NCBI GenBank assembly: GCA_016792685.1
Contig: JAEULQ010000134.1
Coordinates: forward strand, 11,240 to 75,239
Source: Tabrizicola sp.
Lineage (GTDB): Bacteria > Pseudomonadota > Alphaproteobacteria > Rhodobacterales > Rhodobacteraceae
Direction: 5' to 3'
DNA: 64,000 nt
In this document: one piece after another, positions 1 to 9,207 of the stretch
How positions within the stretch are numbered: the first letter of the stretch is position 1
Layout of the letters: each line of letters opens with the position of its first letter
Translations under genes and position numbers: made by a program
The notes under the pieces: generated by a model
Seen by the model: the letters and a program-made list of their open reading frames with translations, nothing else
Told to the model about the DNA's origin: nothing
Databases searched by the model: none

Positions 1-1
1 C

Positions 2-151
2 GCCGGGGATCATTTGCGAGGAACAGCCGAGCCCGGGTTCCCCGAACTGCCGGACCCCCCGCGCGCGGGCGGCGGTCGGGCCCAAAATTCTTCGAAGAAT
101 TTTGCCAAAAGTTTTCGAAAACTTTTGGGCCTGGCGGAGGTGGAGCGATGA
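2..151 (+). CDS. soeA: 3' end of probable SoeA, molybdopterin catalytic subunit of sulfite dehydrogenase (partial, starts before window)
   Basis: Frame open from nt 2 (AGDHLRGTAEPGFPELPDPP...EVER*). Its TGA (149-151) overlaps the ATG of the Fe-S subunit (ATGA coupling). Identity is inferred from position upstream of soeB/soeC-like genes only. Confidence 0.55.
   Translation, partial: AGDHLRGTAEPGFPELPDPPRAGGGRAQNSSKNFAKSFRKLLGLAEVER
83..128. repeat. Tandem double palindrome, TTCGAA-centred element, copy 1
   Basis: Perfect palindromes CAAAATTCTTCGAAGAATTTTG (83-104) and CCAAAAGTTTTCGAAAACTTTTGG (105-128). Related elements at 40620 and 51240. Confidence 0.9.
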
Positions 152-876
152 CCGCCTTGCCGAATGCGACCGCAAAGAAGCTTGGGCTGGTGATCGACCT
201 TGACACCTGCGTCGGCTGCCAGGCCTGCGTCACTGCCTGCAAGGGCTGGAACGATGCCGGTATCGGTCTGTCCGACCAGGACCCTTATGGCGCCGATCCG
301 TCGGGCACGTTCCTGAACCGGGTCCATTCCTATCAGGTAGCCGTGCCCGACGGCCCGGCTCAGGTGGTGACCTTCCCGCGGTCCTGCCTTCACTGTGACA
401 ACGCGCCCTGCGTCACCGTTTGCCCGACCGGGGCCAGCTACAAGCGGGCCGAGGATGGGATCGTCCTGGTGAACGAAGACGCCTGCATCGGCTGTGGTCT
501 TTGCGCCTGGGCCTGCCCCTATGGTGCCCGCGAGATGGATGCGGATCAGGGTGTGATGAAGAAATGCACGCTTTGTGTTGACCGGATCTACAACGACAAC
601 CTGCTGGAAGAAGACCGCGAACCGGCTTGCGTCCGCACCTGCCCGACGAATGCCCGGCATTTCGGTGATTTGGCGGACCCCGAAAGCAAGGTCTCGCAGC
701 TGGTGGCCGAGCGCGGCGGGTATGATCTGATGCCCGACATGGGGACGAAGCCGACCAACAAGTATTTGCCGCCACGCCAGAAGGGACCGGGGACGGCCGA
801 CCCGCTCACGCCGTTGCTGGATATCAAGGCTACCGGGATCGCCGGGTGGCTGGACCGGATGCTGGGGAAGTTCTGA
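148..876 (+). CDS. soeB: 4Fe-4S dicluster subunit (DmsB/SoeB type)
   Basis: CVGCQAC, CLHCDNAPCVTVCP, CIGCGLCAWACPY and CTLC...CVRTCP ferredoxin motifs. GGAGG RBS upstream. Confidence 0.85.
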   Translation: MTALPNATAKKLGLVIDLDTCVGCQACVTACKGWNDAGIGLSDQDPYGADPSGTFLNRVHSYQVAVPDGPAQVVTFPRSCLHCDNAPCVTVCPTGASYKRAEDGIVLVNEDACIGCGLCAWACPYGAREMDADQGVMKKCTLCVDRIYNDNLLEEDREPACVRTCPTNARHFGDLADPESKVSQLVAERGGYDLMPDMGTKPTNKYLPPRQKGPGTADPLTPLLDIKATGIAGWLDRMLGKF

Positions 877-1748
877 TGCATCCGGCACCTTCCGTCATTC
901 TCTTCTCGACCCTCTCGGGACTGGGCTTCGGCTTCCTCGCTTTCCTGGGTTGGGGCGTGCTTCAACCCTCGGGGTGGGCGGCATTCTTCCTTTGGGCGCT
1001 GGGCTACGTGCTGGCTGTGGGTGGGCTCCTGGCCTCGACCTTCCACCTTGGCAATCCGAAGAACGCGCTCAAGGCCTTCACTCAGTGGCGGACAAGCTGG
1101 CTGTCGCGCGAGGCCTGGGCTTCCGTGGCAACGCTGGTCCTGCTGGCCCCGGTCGCGCTGTCGGACATCTTCGGCCTTGGGCTCCTGCCCGTGGTGGGGC
1201 AGGTGGGGGGGATGCTTGCGCTGCTTACGGTCTTCACCACCGCAATGATCTATACCCAGATCAAGGCCGTCCCGCGGTGGCACCACTGGCTGACACCGGT
1301 GATGTTTCTTAGCTTTGCCGTTGCAGGTGGGGCGACATTGGCGGGCCACGTCTGGGCTCCGATCCTGCTCTTGGTCGTGGGGGCGGTCCTTTGGGCGCTT
1401 TGGCGGGTGGGCGACGGGGCCTTTGCGAAAGCCGGACAAACGATGGGAACCGCGACGGGGCTTGACCGGTTGGGCGTGCCCTCGGTCCTTGACCCTGCGC
1501 ACACGGCGGGGAACTACCTCAAGCGTGAAATGATCTTCGTGGTCGGCCGGAAACACGCCGCGAAACTGCGCAAGATCGCGCTGGCCCTGGCCTCGGTTGC
1601 GCCGGCCTTGGTCCTGCTTTTGCCGCTTGGGGTCTGGGGAATCGCGCTGGCCGCTGCCCTGCATCTGGCGGGAGCTCTCGCCGCACGCTGGCTGTTCTTC
1701 GCCGAGGCCGAGCATGTCGTCGGACTTTACTACGGCGCGCGGAGATGA
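876..1748 (+). CDS. soeC: DmsC-family membrane anchor (SoeC type)
   Basis: Starts MHPAPSVILFSTLSGLGFG, with ATG overlapping the soeB stop. STFHLGNP and SWLSRE motifs, multiple TM segments, C-terminal RWLFFAEAEHVV. Confidence 0.85.
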   Translation: MHPAPSVILFSTLSGLGFGFLAFLGWGVLQPSGWAAFFLWALGYVLAVGGLLASTFHLGNPKNALKAFTQWRTSWLSREAWASVATLVLLAPVALSDIFGLGLLPVVGQVGGMLALLTVFTTAMIYTQIKAVPRWHHWLTPVMFLSFAVAGGATLAGHVWAPILLLVVGAVLWALWRVGDGAFAKAGQTMGTATGLDRLGVPSVLDPAHTAGNYLKREMIFVVGRKHAAKLRKIALALASVAPALVLLLPLGVWGIALAAALHLAGALAARWLFFAEAEHVVGLYYGARR

Positions 1749-1760
1749 TCCTTTGGCGCC

Positions 1761-3119
1761 ATGACCAGCGCCTTCAAGACCTATGATATCCGCGGCCGTC
1801 TCGGGACGGAGCTCACGACCACCATTGCCCATCGCATCGCGCGCGCCTTTGCCCGAGTCACCGGGGCAGAGGCCGTGGTTCTGGCCCGCGATTGCCGTGA
1901 AAGCTCTCCTGATCTGGCAGACGCGGTCGCCGCCGGTCTGATCGCAGAGGGTGTGCGGGTCCTCGACCTGGGCATGGCCGGTACCGAAGAAATGTACTTC
2001 GCGACGGCCCATTCGGGAGCAGGGGGCGGCATCTGTGTGACCGCATCGCACAACCCACGGGAATACAACGGGATGAAGCTGGTCGGCTCCGGGGCCGTGC
2101 CGCTGCCGAATGCCGCCTTCGCCCGGATCCGCGCATTGACCGAGGCCGCATCTGACCCTGATCCAATGCCGGGCGGGGTGCGCGAGGAGCGGTCCGACCT
2201 TCGTGCAGCCTATGTCTCTCATGTGGCGAGCTTGGTCGGCGCTTCGGGCCTCGGGCCGCTGCGGCTGGTGGTCAATTCCGGGAACGGCGCGGCGGGGCCG
2301 ACGCTGGACGCCCTCGCCGAAGGATTGGCCAAGGGTGGGGCGCGGCTCGATCTGGTCCGGATGCATCACGAACCTGACGGGAGTTTCCCGAACGGCATCC
2401 CGAACCCGCTTTTGCCCGAGAACCGCCCGGTGACCGCTGCAGCGGTGCGGGCCGCAGGCGCCGATATGGGGGTCGCCTTTGATGGCGATTTCGACCGTTG
2501 CTTCCTCTTTGACGGCGAAGGCGGCTTCGTCGATGGGGAACATGTCGTAGCGCTCTTGGCTGCCGCCCATCTGGCGCGCGAGCCGGGGGCCACGATCGTC
2601 CACGATCCCCGGGTCATCTGGGCCGTCGAAGACGCGGTCCGCAGGGGCCGCGGCCGGTCCGTGCTGGCGCCGACGGGGCATGTCTTCCTGAAGGCAGCGA
2701 TGCGGGAACACGGCGCGATCTATGGCGGCGAGATGAGCGCGCATCACTATTTCCGGGGCTTCATGTCCTGCGATTCCGGCATGATCCCCTGGCTGTTGGT
2801 CTGTGGGCTGCTGTCATCTACGGGACAAAGTCTGACCGATCTGGTCGGTGCGATGCGGCGGGATTTTCCCTCTTCGGGCGAGATCAACTTCCGGGTGGCC
2901 GATGTTGCCGCCATGGTCTCGCGGGTCGAGGCTGCCCTTGCCCCAAAAGCTCGGCAGGTGGATCGGACCGATGGGCTCAGCCTTGATTTCGGGTCATGGC
3001 GCCTGAATCTCCGGGCCTCGAACACCGAGCCCCTGATGCGTCTGAATGTGGAAGCGAAGGGTGATGCCGGCCTGGTGGCAGACGGGGTGGCAGAGGTCCG
3101 GCGGATTGTCGAAGCTTGA
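1761..3119 (+). CDS. manB: Phosphomannomutase/phosphoglucomutase
   Basis: FKTYDIRG start, TASHNP phosphoserine loop, DGDFDR metal loop, GEMSAH and RASNTEP. Confidence 0.9.
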   Translation: MTSAFKTYDIRGRLGTELTTTIAHRIARAFARVTGAEAVVLARDCRESSPDLADAVAAGLIAEGVRVLDLGMAGTEEMYFATAHSGAGGGICVTASHNPREYNGMKLVGSGAVPLPNAAFARIRALTEAASDPDPMPGGVREERSDLRAAYVSHVASLVGASGLGPLRLVVNSGNGAAGPTLDALAEGLAKGGARLDLVRMHHEPDGSFPNGIPNPLLPENRPVTAAAVRAAGADMGVAFDGDFDRCFLFDGEGGFVDGEHVVALLAAAHLAREPGATIVHDPRVIWAVEDAVRRGRGRSVLAPTGHVFLKAAMREHGAIYGGEMSAHHYFRGFMSCDSGMIPWLLVCGLLSSTGQSLTDLVGAMRRDFPSSGEINFRVADVAAMVSRVEAALAPKARQVDRTDGLSLDFGSWRLNLRASNTEPLMRLNVEAKGDAGLVADGVAEVRRIVEA

Positions 3120-3133
3120 CGCGGGGTAGCCGA

Positions 3134-3325
3134 TCAGGCGCTGACTGACGTCGCCGCCGGTTTCCGCAGAATTGGCCAGCCGCGCCGAAAGACCGGGATC
3201 GGCGGCAAGTCGTCCGCAAGCGACTGCAAGGCAGCCTCCCGGCGTTTCAGACGGATGATCTCGGCGCGGATTTCCGCGAGTTCGTCAGCAAGGGTCAAGC
3301 GCGAGGCAGCCATGATGATCCTCAT
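3134..3325 (-). CDS. Small hypothetical protein with short coiled coil
   Basis: MRIIMAASRLTLADELAEIRAEIIRLKRREAALQ...RRGWPILR. Fills the gap between genes. Start could be 3313. Confidence 0.55.
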   Translation of the reverse strand: MRIIMAASRLTLADELAEIRAEIIRLKRREAALQSLADDLPPIPVFRRGWPILRKPAATSVSA

Positions 3326-3471
3326 TTGTTCTTCATGGTCAGCATCGACTCGAAGTCTGAAAACTTCGCTAAACCGCCGCGCGAACGGGTGGGCCGGGTA
3401 CAAAGCTCCTCCGGCTTGATTCTTCCGCGACATCGCGCCACGATTTCGCAAACCAATTGGAAACGAGAGAC

Positions 3472-4437
3472 ATGTGGAATTTCAGCATTGCCAAATCCCT
3501 GGGCCTGATGATCCGGACCACGCCCTTCATCCTTTTCCGGGTCGCCGTCTATTTCGGGATCACGACAGCCCTGATCGTCGTCACCGGAACCGGGGCCGGC
3601 GTCGGCTATGGCGTGGGCCTCTTCGGGGATGAGGATTTCCAGGCGACCAGCACCTTCTGGGGTGGGGCTGCAGGATTTGGACTTACGGCGGGGATCATCT
3701 TCTTTCTGCGCGACTATCTGCTCTATCTGGTCAAGGCAGGCCATATCGCCGTGATGGTCGAATATCTTGATGGCAAGCCCGTTCCGGGCGGTCAGGGCCA
3801 GATTGCCTATGCAAGATCGGTCGTGACCGAACGCTTTGGCCAGTCCTCGGCGCTCTTTGCGCTGGATCAGCTGGTGAAAGGGGTCATCAACGTCATCACC
3901 GGCCTGATCGAGGGCCTGATGTTTATCCTGCCAATCCCCGGTGTCGACCGAGTGATGGGGGCGGTCCGGGCCTATCTGCGGCTGGCCGTTGGGCTCGTCG
4001 ACGAGGTCATCCTTGCCCATGCCATCCGGACCCGGTCAGAAAACGCCTGGGAAGCCGCGCATGATGGTCTGGTGCTTTACGCCCAGAATGCGCGACCGAT
4101 GCTGATAAACGCCGCCTGGCTGACGCTGATTTGCTGGATCCTGGCCTTTGTCGTCTTCGTTCTGATGCTTGCGCCCGCAGCCGCGGTGGTCTGGATGCTG
4201 CCCGGCCACAGCAGCGCCGGAATGTTCGTGTTTGCCGTTGTCTTCGCCTGGGCCGTAAAAGCCGCCCTGATCGAACCCTTCGCGCTCGCCTGCATGTTGC
4301 AGGTCTTCTTCCGGGTGACCGAAGGCCAGCAACCCTTGCCCGAATGGAAGGGCCGGTTGACGCAGGTCTCCGACAAGTTCCGGCATCTGGGCGAGCAGGC
4401 CGTGGGTTGGAAACCGAACCCGACCCCCGAACCGTGA
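3472..4437 (+). CDS. Conserved hypothetical multi-pass membrane protein
   Basis: Long ORF with several hydrophobic helices. ATG at 3472 preceded by GAGAGA. Confidence 0.8.
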   Translation: MWNFSIAKSLGLMIRTTPFILFRVAVYFGITTALIVVTGTGAGVGYGVGLFGDEDFQATSTFWGGAAGFGLTAGIIFFLRDYLLYLVKAGHIAVMVEYLDGKPVPGGQGQIAYARSVVTERFGQSSALFALDQLVKGVINVITGLIEGLMFILPIPGVDRVMGAVRAYLRLAVGLVDEVILAHAIRTRSENAWEAAHDGLVLYAQNARPMLINAAWLTLICWILAFVVFVLMLAPAAAVVWMLPGHSSAGMFVFAVVFAWAVKAALIEPFALACMLQVFFRVTEGQQPLPEWKGRLTQVSDKFRHLGEQAVGWKPNPTPEP

Positions 4438-4549
4438 CCGGCGTACCAGCATCGCGGCCAAATCCATGAAATCATGGTGATGGCCCGTTGCGACCCCCGG
4501 GCTTCTGTGGCAAGACTGCCCCCATGGCAACCAGACCGATGAGTTCAGA

Positions 4550-5203
4550 ATGAGCGAATTCGCCACCCGCCGCGTCATGATGGTGGATACGCAGGTCCGC
4601 CCGTCGGACGTGACCAAGTTTCCGATCATCGATGCGATGCTCTCTGTCCCGCGCGAAACCTATGTGCCGGATGACAAGCGCGAGGCGGCCTATGTCGGCG
4701 AGAACCTGACCATCGCGCAGGATCGCGTCGTGCTTGAAGCGCGGACGCTGGCCAAGCTTCTGGACGCGCTAGACATTCAGCCGACCGAGCTTGTGCTCGA
4801 TATCGGCTGCGGTCTTGGCTACTCGGCCGCAGTGATCGCCCGCCTGGCCGAGACGGTCATCGCCGTCGAGGAAGACGAAGCCCTGGCCGCAGATGCGCAG
4901 CGTCTTTTGTCGGAAGAGGGCGTGGACAACGCCGGCGTCGTGACCGGTAAGCTTGCCGAGGGATCGGCCAAATGCGCGCCCTATGACGTGATCACCGTGC
5001 AGGGCGGCGTCGAAATCGTACCGGATGCGATCATGTCCCAGCTCAAGGAAGGTGGCCGGATCGGGGCTGTCTTCATGGATGGAGCCGTCGGCACGGCCTG
5101 CGTGGGCTACAAGAACGATGGCAAGGTGACCTGGCGTCCAGTGTTCAATGCCGCGGCTCCGGTCCTGAACGGGTTCCGCAAGTCGCGTGGATTTATGCTG
5201 TAG
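4550..5203 (+). CDS. pcm: Protein-L-isoaspartate O-methyltransferase family
   Basis: RRVMMVDTQVRP, VPRE, SAM motif VLDIGCGLGYSAA, APYDVI. Typical position upstream of tolC. Confidence 0.9.
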   Translation: MSEFATRRVMMVDTQVRPSDVTKFPIIDAMLSVPRETYVPDDKREAAYVGENLTIAQDRVVLEARTLAKLLDALDIQPTELVLDIGCGLGYSAAVIARLAETVIAVEEDEALAADAQRLLSEEGVDNAGVVTGKLAEGSAKCAPYDVITVQGGVEIVPDAIMSQLKEGGRIGAVFMDGAVGTACVGYKNDGKVTWRPVFNAAAPVLNGFRKSRGFML

Positions 5204-5306
5204 GGCCCATCTGGGGCCGGTTCGGATCGGGGCGGGGAAGTCCCCGTCGGGACCAAGAAAGAAACGCCTGCAGCAGAGCGCGGGCAAATATACGAGGCAC
5301 GGTGTG

Positions 5307-6680
5307 ATGCGGACTTGGCTACTTTCGGCGGTCGTGGTGTTCGCGGGCCTCCTGGCCAGTCCGGCAGCGCGGGCCGAAACCTTGGCCGACGCGATGATCG
5401 CGGCCTATCGGAACTCCAACCTTCTCGACCAGAACCGCGCCGTGTTGCGTGCGGCTGACGAAGACGTAGCCGTGGCGGTGTCGTCACTGCGTCCGGTTGT
5501 CAGCTACGTGGCGCAGGCGGGCTGGCAAAAGGCCGATGTGGCGACGACCGGTGGAATCGTTGTCAACGAAGGCCTCAGCGCTTCGCTGACGCTGAGCGCA
5601 GAGATGACGCTTTTTGATTTCGGTCGGACCCGTCTTGGGATCGAGATTGCCCGTGAAAGTGTGCTGGCAACCCGGCAGGCGCTGATCGAGGTCGAACAGC
5701 AGGTCCTGCTCTCTGCCGTGCAGGCCTATGTCGATGTCCGCCTTGCGCAAGAGATTGTCGCCCTGCGTCAAAGCAACTTCCGCCTGATCACCCAGGAACT
5801 TCGCGCCGCTCAGGATCGTTTCGACGTTGGCGAAATCACCAAGACCGACGTCTCGATCGCCGAGGCGCGTCTTGCCGCTTCCCGCGCGGCATTGGCAGCG
5901 GCCGAGGGTCAGCTGATGGTCGCGCGCGAGTTTTACAAGGCCGCGACCGGCGCTTATCCCGGTCGGCTGGCTGCCGTGCCCGGTGCTCCGGCTCTGCCGC
6001 GGTCGCTGGACGAGGCGCAGTCCGTTGCGCGCGCTACGCATCCTCTGATCCGTCAGGCGCAGCATCAGGTGACCGTCGCTGATCTCCAGGTCAAGGTGGC
6101 CGAGGCCAACCGTTTGCCGACCGTGGGCGCGGGCGTCACGCTGCGCACGGACGATGAGGGGCTGGACTCGCAAAGCCTTGGCCTGACGATGTCCCAGACC
6201 CTCTATGCCGGTGGTCGCCTTTCGGCCTTCCAACGCAAGGCTCTTGCCGGGAAGGACGCGGCCCGGGCGGGGCTGCAGCAGACTGCCGTGGGCATCTTGC
6301 AAAGCGTTGGTGTTGCATGGGCTAACCTGGCGGTCGCATCGGCCTCCATCGAAGCCTCGGACCGTCAGATCCGCGCTGCGCAGGCGGCCTTCGACGGTGT
6401 ACGTGAGGAAGCGGCCGCCGGAACGCGGACCACTCTGGACGTGCTGGATGCCGAGCAAGAGCTGCTTGATGCCCGCAACGCACGCCTGCAGGCCGAAGCG
6501 CAGCGGTATGTTGCGGTCTACCAGGTGCTCTCGACCATGGGCTTGCTGACCGTCGAACACCTTCAGTTGGGAATTCCGACCTACAACCCCGAGGCCTATT
6601 ACGGTGCGGTCGAAAAGGCGCCGTCGCACAGCGTGCAGGGAAAGAAGCTCGACAAGATTCTCGAAAAGATCGGGAACTGA
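5307..6680 (+). CDS. tolC: TolC-family outer membrane efflux protein
   Basis: Signal peptide (..ARA|ETL), RFDVGEITKTDV and GTRTTLDVLDAEQEL OEP repeats. Confidence 0.9.
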   Translation: MRTWLLSAVVVFAGLLASPAARAETLADAMIAAYRNSNLLDQNRAVLRAADEDVAVAVSSLRPVVSYVAQAGWQKADVATTGGIVVNEGLSASLTLSAEMTLFDFGRTRLGIEIARESVLATRQALIEVEQQVLLSAVQAYVDVRLAQEIVALRQSNFRLITQELRAAQDRFDVGEITKTDVSIAEARLAASRAALAAAEGQLMVAREFYKAATGAYPGRLAAVPGAPALPRSLDEAQSVARATHPLIRQAQHQVTVADLQVKVAEANRLPTVGAGVTLRTDDEGLDSQSLGLTMSQTLYAGGRLSAFQRKALAGKDAARAGLQQTAVGILQSVGVAWANLAVASASIEASDRQIRAAQAAFDGVREEAAAGTRTTLDVLDAEQELLDARNARLQAEAQRYVAVYQVLSTMGLLTVEHLQLGIPTYNPEAYYGAVEKAPSHSVQGKKLDKILEKIGN

Positions 6681-6780
6681 GGGGCGCGCCCCAGTCTGCT
6701 TTTGCAAATTCTGTTGCTTTGCTTGGGGTTGGAGCGCTAAGTTGAGACGTGATGAAGCGCTGTCCTTGCAGGGCCGGATG

Positions 6781-7728
6781 ATGGCTGGGCCTTTGAGCAA
6801 TGAGGAAATCGAAGACGTCGTGTCCTCTGTTCGTCGGCTTGTCTCGAACGAACAGCGGCCGCGACCGCTTAGTCGTGACCTGAATTCAGAGCGGCTGGTC
6901 CTTACGCCGGCTCAGCGTGTGGTCTCTGAAACAAGCCCGCTCTCCCCCTTGATCCTCGCGACGCCGATTGATGAGCCGGTTCCTCCCGTAGCGGTCGAGG
7001 GTGCGGAGGAGGCGCGCGATCGCCCCGCATCGGTCTGGGCCGAAGCCGAAAGCGATGTGATCCTGGTCGAAGCCGATTGGGAAGACGACATCTGGGCCGA
7101 AGAGGAGCCTTCGCTTGCCGAAGTCGCCCTAGGGGCTGACGAAGCCGAAGTGGTGCCCGCTCCGACCGAACACGATCCCGAAGCAGAGCCTGGCGCGGGG
7201 ACGGATGCCGATGGATGGATGCCTGGGGAAGCCGATTGGTCGGCCGCAGAGCCCATTCCCTTCATTCCCCTGCGGCGCCGGGCGGAAATCCTGGCTGCGC
7301 GTCTGGCAGGCGGGGGGCATGCCGATGATCCGGCACCGACGTCCGAGCCCGAGCCCGAGCCTGAGGCCTCCGAACCGCTTGCGGCTTCGGTCACGGATAC
7401 CCAGGCAGACGTGGCGTCCTTTGCCGGCGAACAGGACCCAGAGCCCGATGATATGACCTTTGCCTTGGCGCAAGCGTCCGAACCGCACCTGATCACCGAC
7501 CCGGACGATCCCGGCGATCATCTTGTCGGCCCCGGAACGGCTACAGAACTGGTCGACGCCGACGGCTCGCCGATCGCGGTATTGGATGAGGCCGGCCTGC
7601 AAGAGATCGTGCGTCAGATGATCCGCCAGGAACTGCAGGGCGAGCTTGGCGAGCGCATTACCCGCAACGTTCGCAAGCTGGTCCGTGCCGAGATCAATCG
7701 TGCCCTGATCGCGCGCGACCTCGACTGA
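6781..7728 (+). CDS. PopZ-like protein: N-terminal helix, long acidic Pro-rich linker, C-terminal helices
   Basis: EEIEDVVSSVRRLVS N-terminus, D/E/P/A-rich middle, LQEIVRQMIRQELQGELGERITRNVRKLVRAEINRAL C-terminus. Sits directly after pcm-tolC. Start may be 6778. Confidence 0.7.
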   Translation: MAGPLSNEEIEDVVSSVRRLVSNEQRPRPLSRDLNSERLVLTPAQRVVSETSPLSPLILATPIDEPVPPVAVEGAEEARDRPASVWAEAESDVILVEADWEDDIWAEEEPSLAEVALGADEAEVVPAPTEHDPEAEPGAGTDADGWMPGEADWSAAEPIPFIPLRRRAEILAARLAGGGHADDPAPTSEPEPEPEASEPLAASVTDTQADVASFAGEQDPEPDDMTFALAQASEPHLITDPDDPGDHLVGPGTATELVDADGSPIAVLDEAGLQEIVRQMIRQELQGELGERITRNVRKLVRAEINRALIARDLD

Positions 7729-7760
7729 TCCTGCCTGATCGTGCAGTCCGCTTGAATGAC

Positions 7761-7785
7761 AACGCGCCCCGGTGGGGCGCGTTTT
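7761..7785 (+). terminator. Intrinsic terminator between convergent genes
   Basis: AACGCGCCCC-GGT-GGGGCGCGTT stem-loop ending in a T4 run. Confidence 0.75.
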
Positions 7786-7808
7786 CGTCTACAGATTGCT
7801 GAACTCTG

Positions 7809-8135
7809 TCAGGCGGCTTCGGCCTGTTCCAGCTCCAGCGCGTGCCGACGCTCGGACTCTTCCCGGCTCAGCGCGACCGAAGTCCGGACGCCTTTGGCTA
7901 CGAATTCCATCAGGCCCTTCACAACACGTTCGTTCGGGTCAATCCCGGCGCAGGACAGCACTTCACGGCCATCGCGCGAACGCGCCCAGCGGGCAATCTG
8001 ATCCGGACCGTTGCCATACTTCTTGTCGTCGGCAATGGCGTCGTCCAGCGCTGCCAGTACGACGGCAGCAAAAAGCTTGCGAGCGCGCTGGCCCTGTTCG
8101 AAGTTGAAGGCGGTGCTGTCGATGGTGTCACGCAT
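7809..8135 (-). CDS. Conserved Rhodobacteraceae protein (DUF6280-like)
   Basis: RARKLFAAVVLAALDDAIADDKKYGNG...WARSRDGREVLSCAGIDP. AGGAAAG RBS. Confidence 0.8.
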   Translation of the reverse strand: MRDTIDSTAFNFEQGQRARKLFAAVVLAALDDAIADDKKYGNGPDQIARWARSRDGREVLSCAGIDPNERVVKGLMEFVAKGVRTSVALSREESERRHALELEQAEAA

Positions 8136-8365
8136 CGGACTTTCCTTTGTTCTTGCTCTTGTCTTTCGCGGCGTTCGAGGGTTGTAACGGTTTGGTCACG
8201 ATTCGGGCTGACCGGTTTTGGAATAACGGCTATGCACTCAGCGCATAGCCCTTTCACCGTCACTCTGTATCTAGTCGGTCCCTTGCAGTGCCAATCACGA
8301 GATTTAGGGGTGCCGGTCAGCATTTCAACCTTTGGTTAAGATTTCTTTGTCAGTCCGAACGGTCG

Positions 8366-9160
8366 TCAGGGCAAGGCGCCTGTGACCACTCCAAGGACAA
8401 GAAACAAAACGAAAAGACCTTCCACCACATGGGGGATCACGGCGAACAGCGCTGAACGGTAGCGCGCGCAAGGCAAGGCCCAGAGCGCAGCAGTCACGAT
8501 GATCGAAGGCACCGTCAACGGTCGGATCAAGTGATAGGTTCCGAAGAAGACACCATTCGCGAGCCAGTCCCAGCGTCCGAATACCCCTCGCATCCGTGGC
8601 AGAAGGAGGCCGCGAAAGAAAAGCTCTTCGCCCAGAAAATAGTTGAAGATGAATGAGATGGCCCAGAGACCAAGCAGCCACCAGGCGCCATGGAACGCCG
8701 GGTCTGCAAGGCCGCGAATGTCCGGTTCCGGAACCTGGGCAAGTGCAGGCGCGATCCAGAGAAGGGGACGCGCCAAGAGGTCCGCCAGTCCGGTCACCTC
8801 GATCAGCGGGGTCAGGACGAAGATTGGCACCAACCAAATGAACGGTCGCAATGTCATTGCGCCGGTCCCGGGATCTCGGGGCAATTGCCACCAGATACGC
8901 TGACCGAGAGTGAGCCGGCCCTTGTCACGGCGTGACTCGCGCCAGAGCAGGGCGGTTGCCAGAACGAACTGCCAGACCATTCCGACAATCATGCAAAGCC
9001 AGAGCGCGATCCCGGGATGCCAGCCGCTGGCCGCAGATAGCTTTGGTGCCACCCAGAAAGCCAGCAGCGGCATTGGAATCGCGACGGCAGCCCAGAGGCT
9101 GCCAAGAGCCCAAAGGCTGAACTGCGGTGGATGTTCGTCTATCGGGGCAGGTCCATTCAT
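8366..9160 (-). CDS. CPBP (type II CAAX/Abi-like) intramembrane metalloprotease
   Basis: EELFFRG motif, FFGTYH, downstream His, multiple TM helices. Confidence 0.85.
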   Translation of the reverse strand: MNGPAPIDEHPPQFSLWALGSLWAAVAIPMPLLAFWVAPKLSAASGWHPGIALWLCMIVGMVWQFVLATALLWRESRRDKGRLTLGQRIWWQLPRDPGTGAMTLRPFIWLVPIFVLTPLIEVTGLADLLARPLLWIAPALAQVPEPDIRGLADPAFHGAWWLLGLWAISFIFNYFLGEELFFRGLLLPRMRGVFGRWDWLANGVFFGTYHLIRPLTVPSIIVTAALWALPCARYRSALFAVIPHVVEGLFVLFLVLGVVTGALP

Positions 9161-9207
9161 GCAAATCTGGTAGGGATGTTCGTTGTCCAGCGAAAGGGCT
9201 GGAATCC

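Noticed and set aside
588-2747. 719-aa minus-strand ORF, plus other long antisense/alternate-frame ORFs (28588-30354, 38413-40290, 43412-45484, 51990-53783, 54933-56792)
   Set aside because: They shadow well-supported genes on the opposite strand, lack motifs, and are expected from stop-codon scarcity in high-GC coding DNA.
7345-7365. GAGCCC short tandem repeat
   Set aside because: It simply encodes EPEPEPE within the acidic linker of the PopZ-like protein.
8366-9160. 'Abi'-family protease as an anti-phage gene
   Set aside because: CPBP proteases are widespread membrane peptidases. No defence-island or bacteriocin context is present here.
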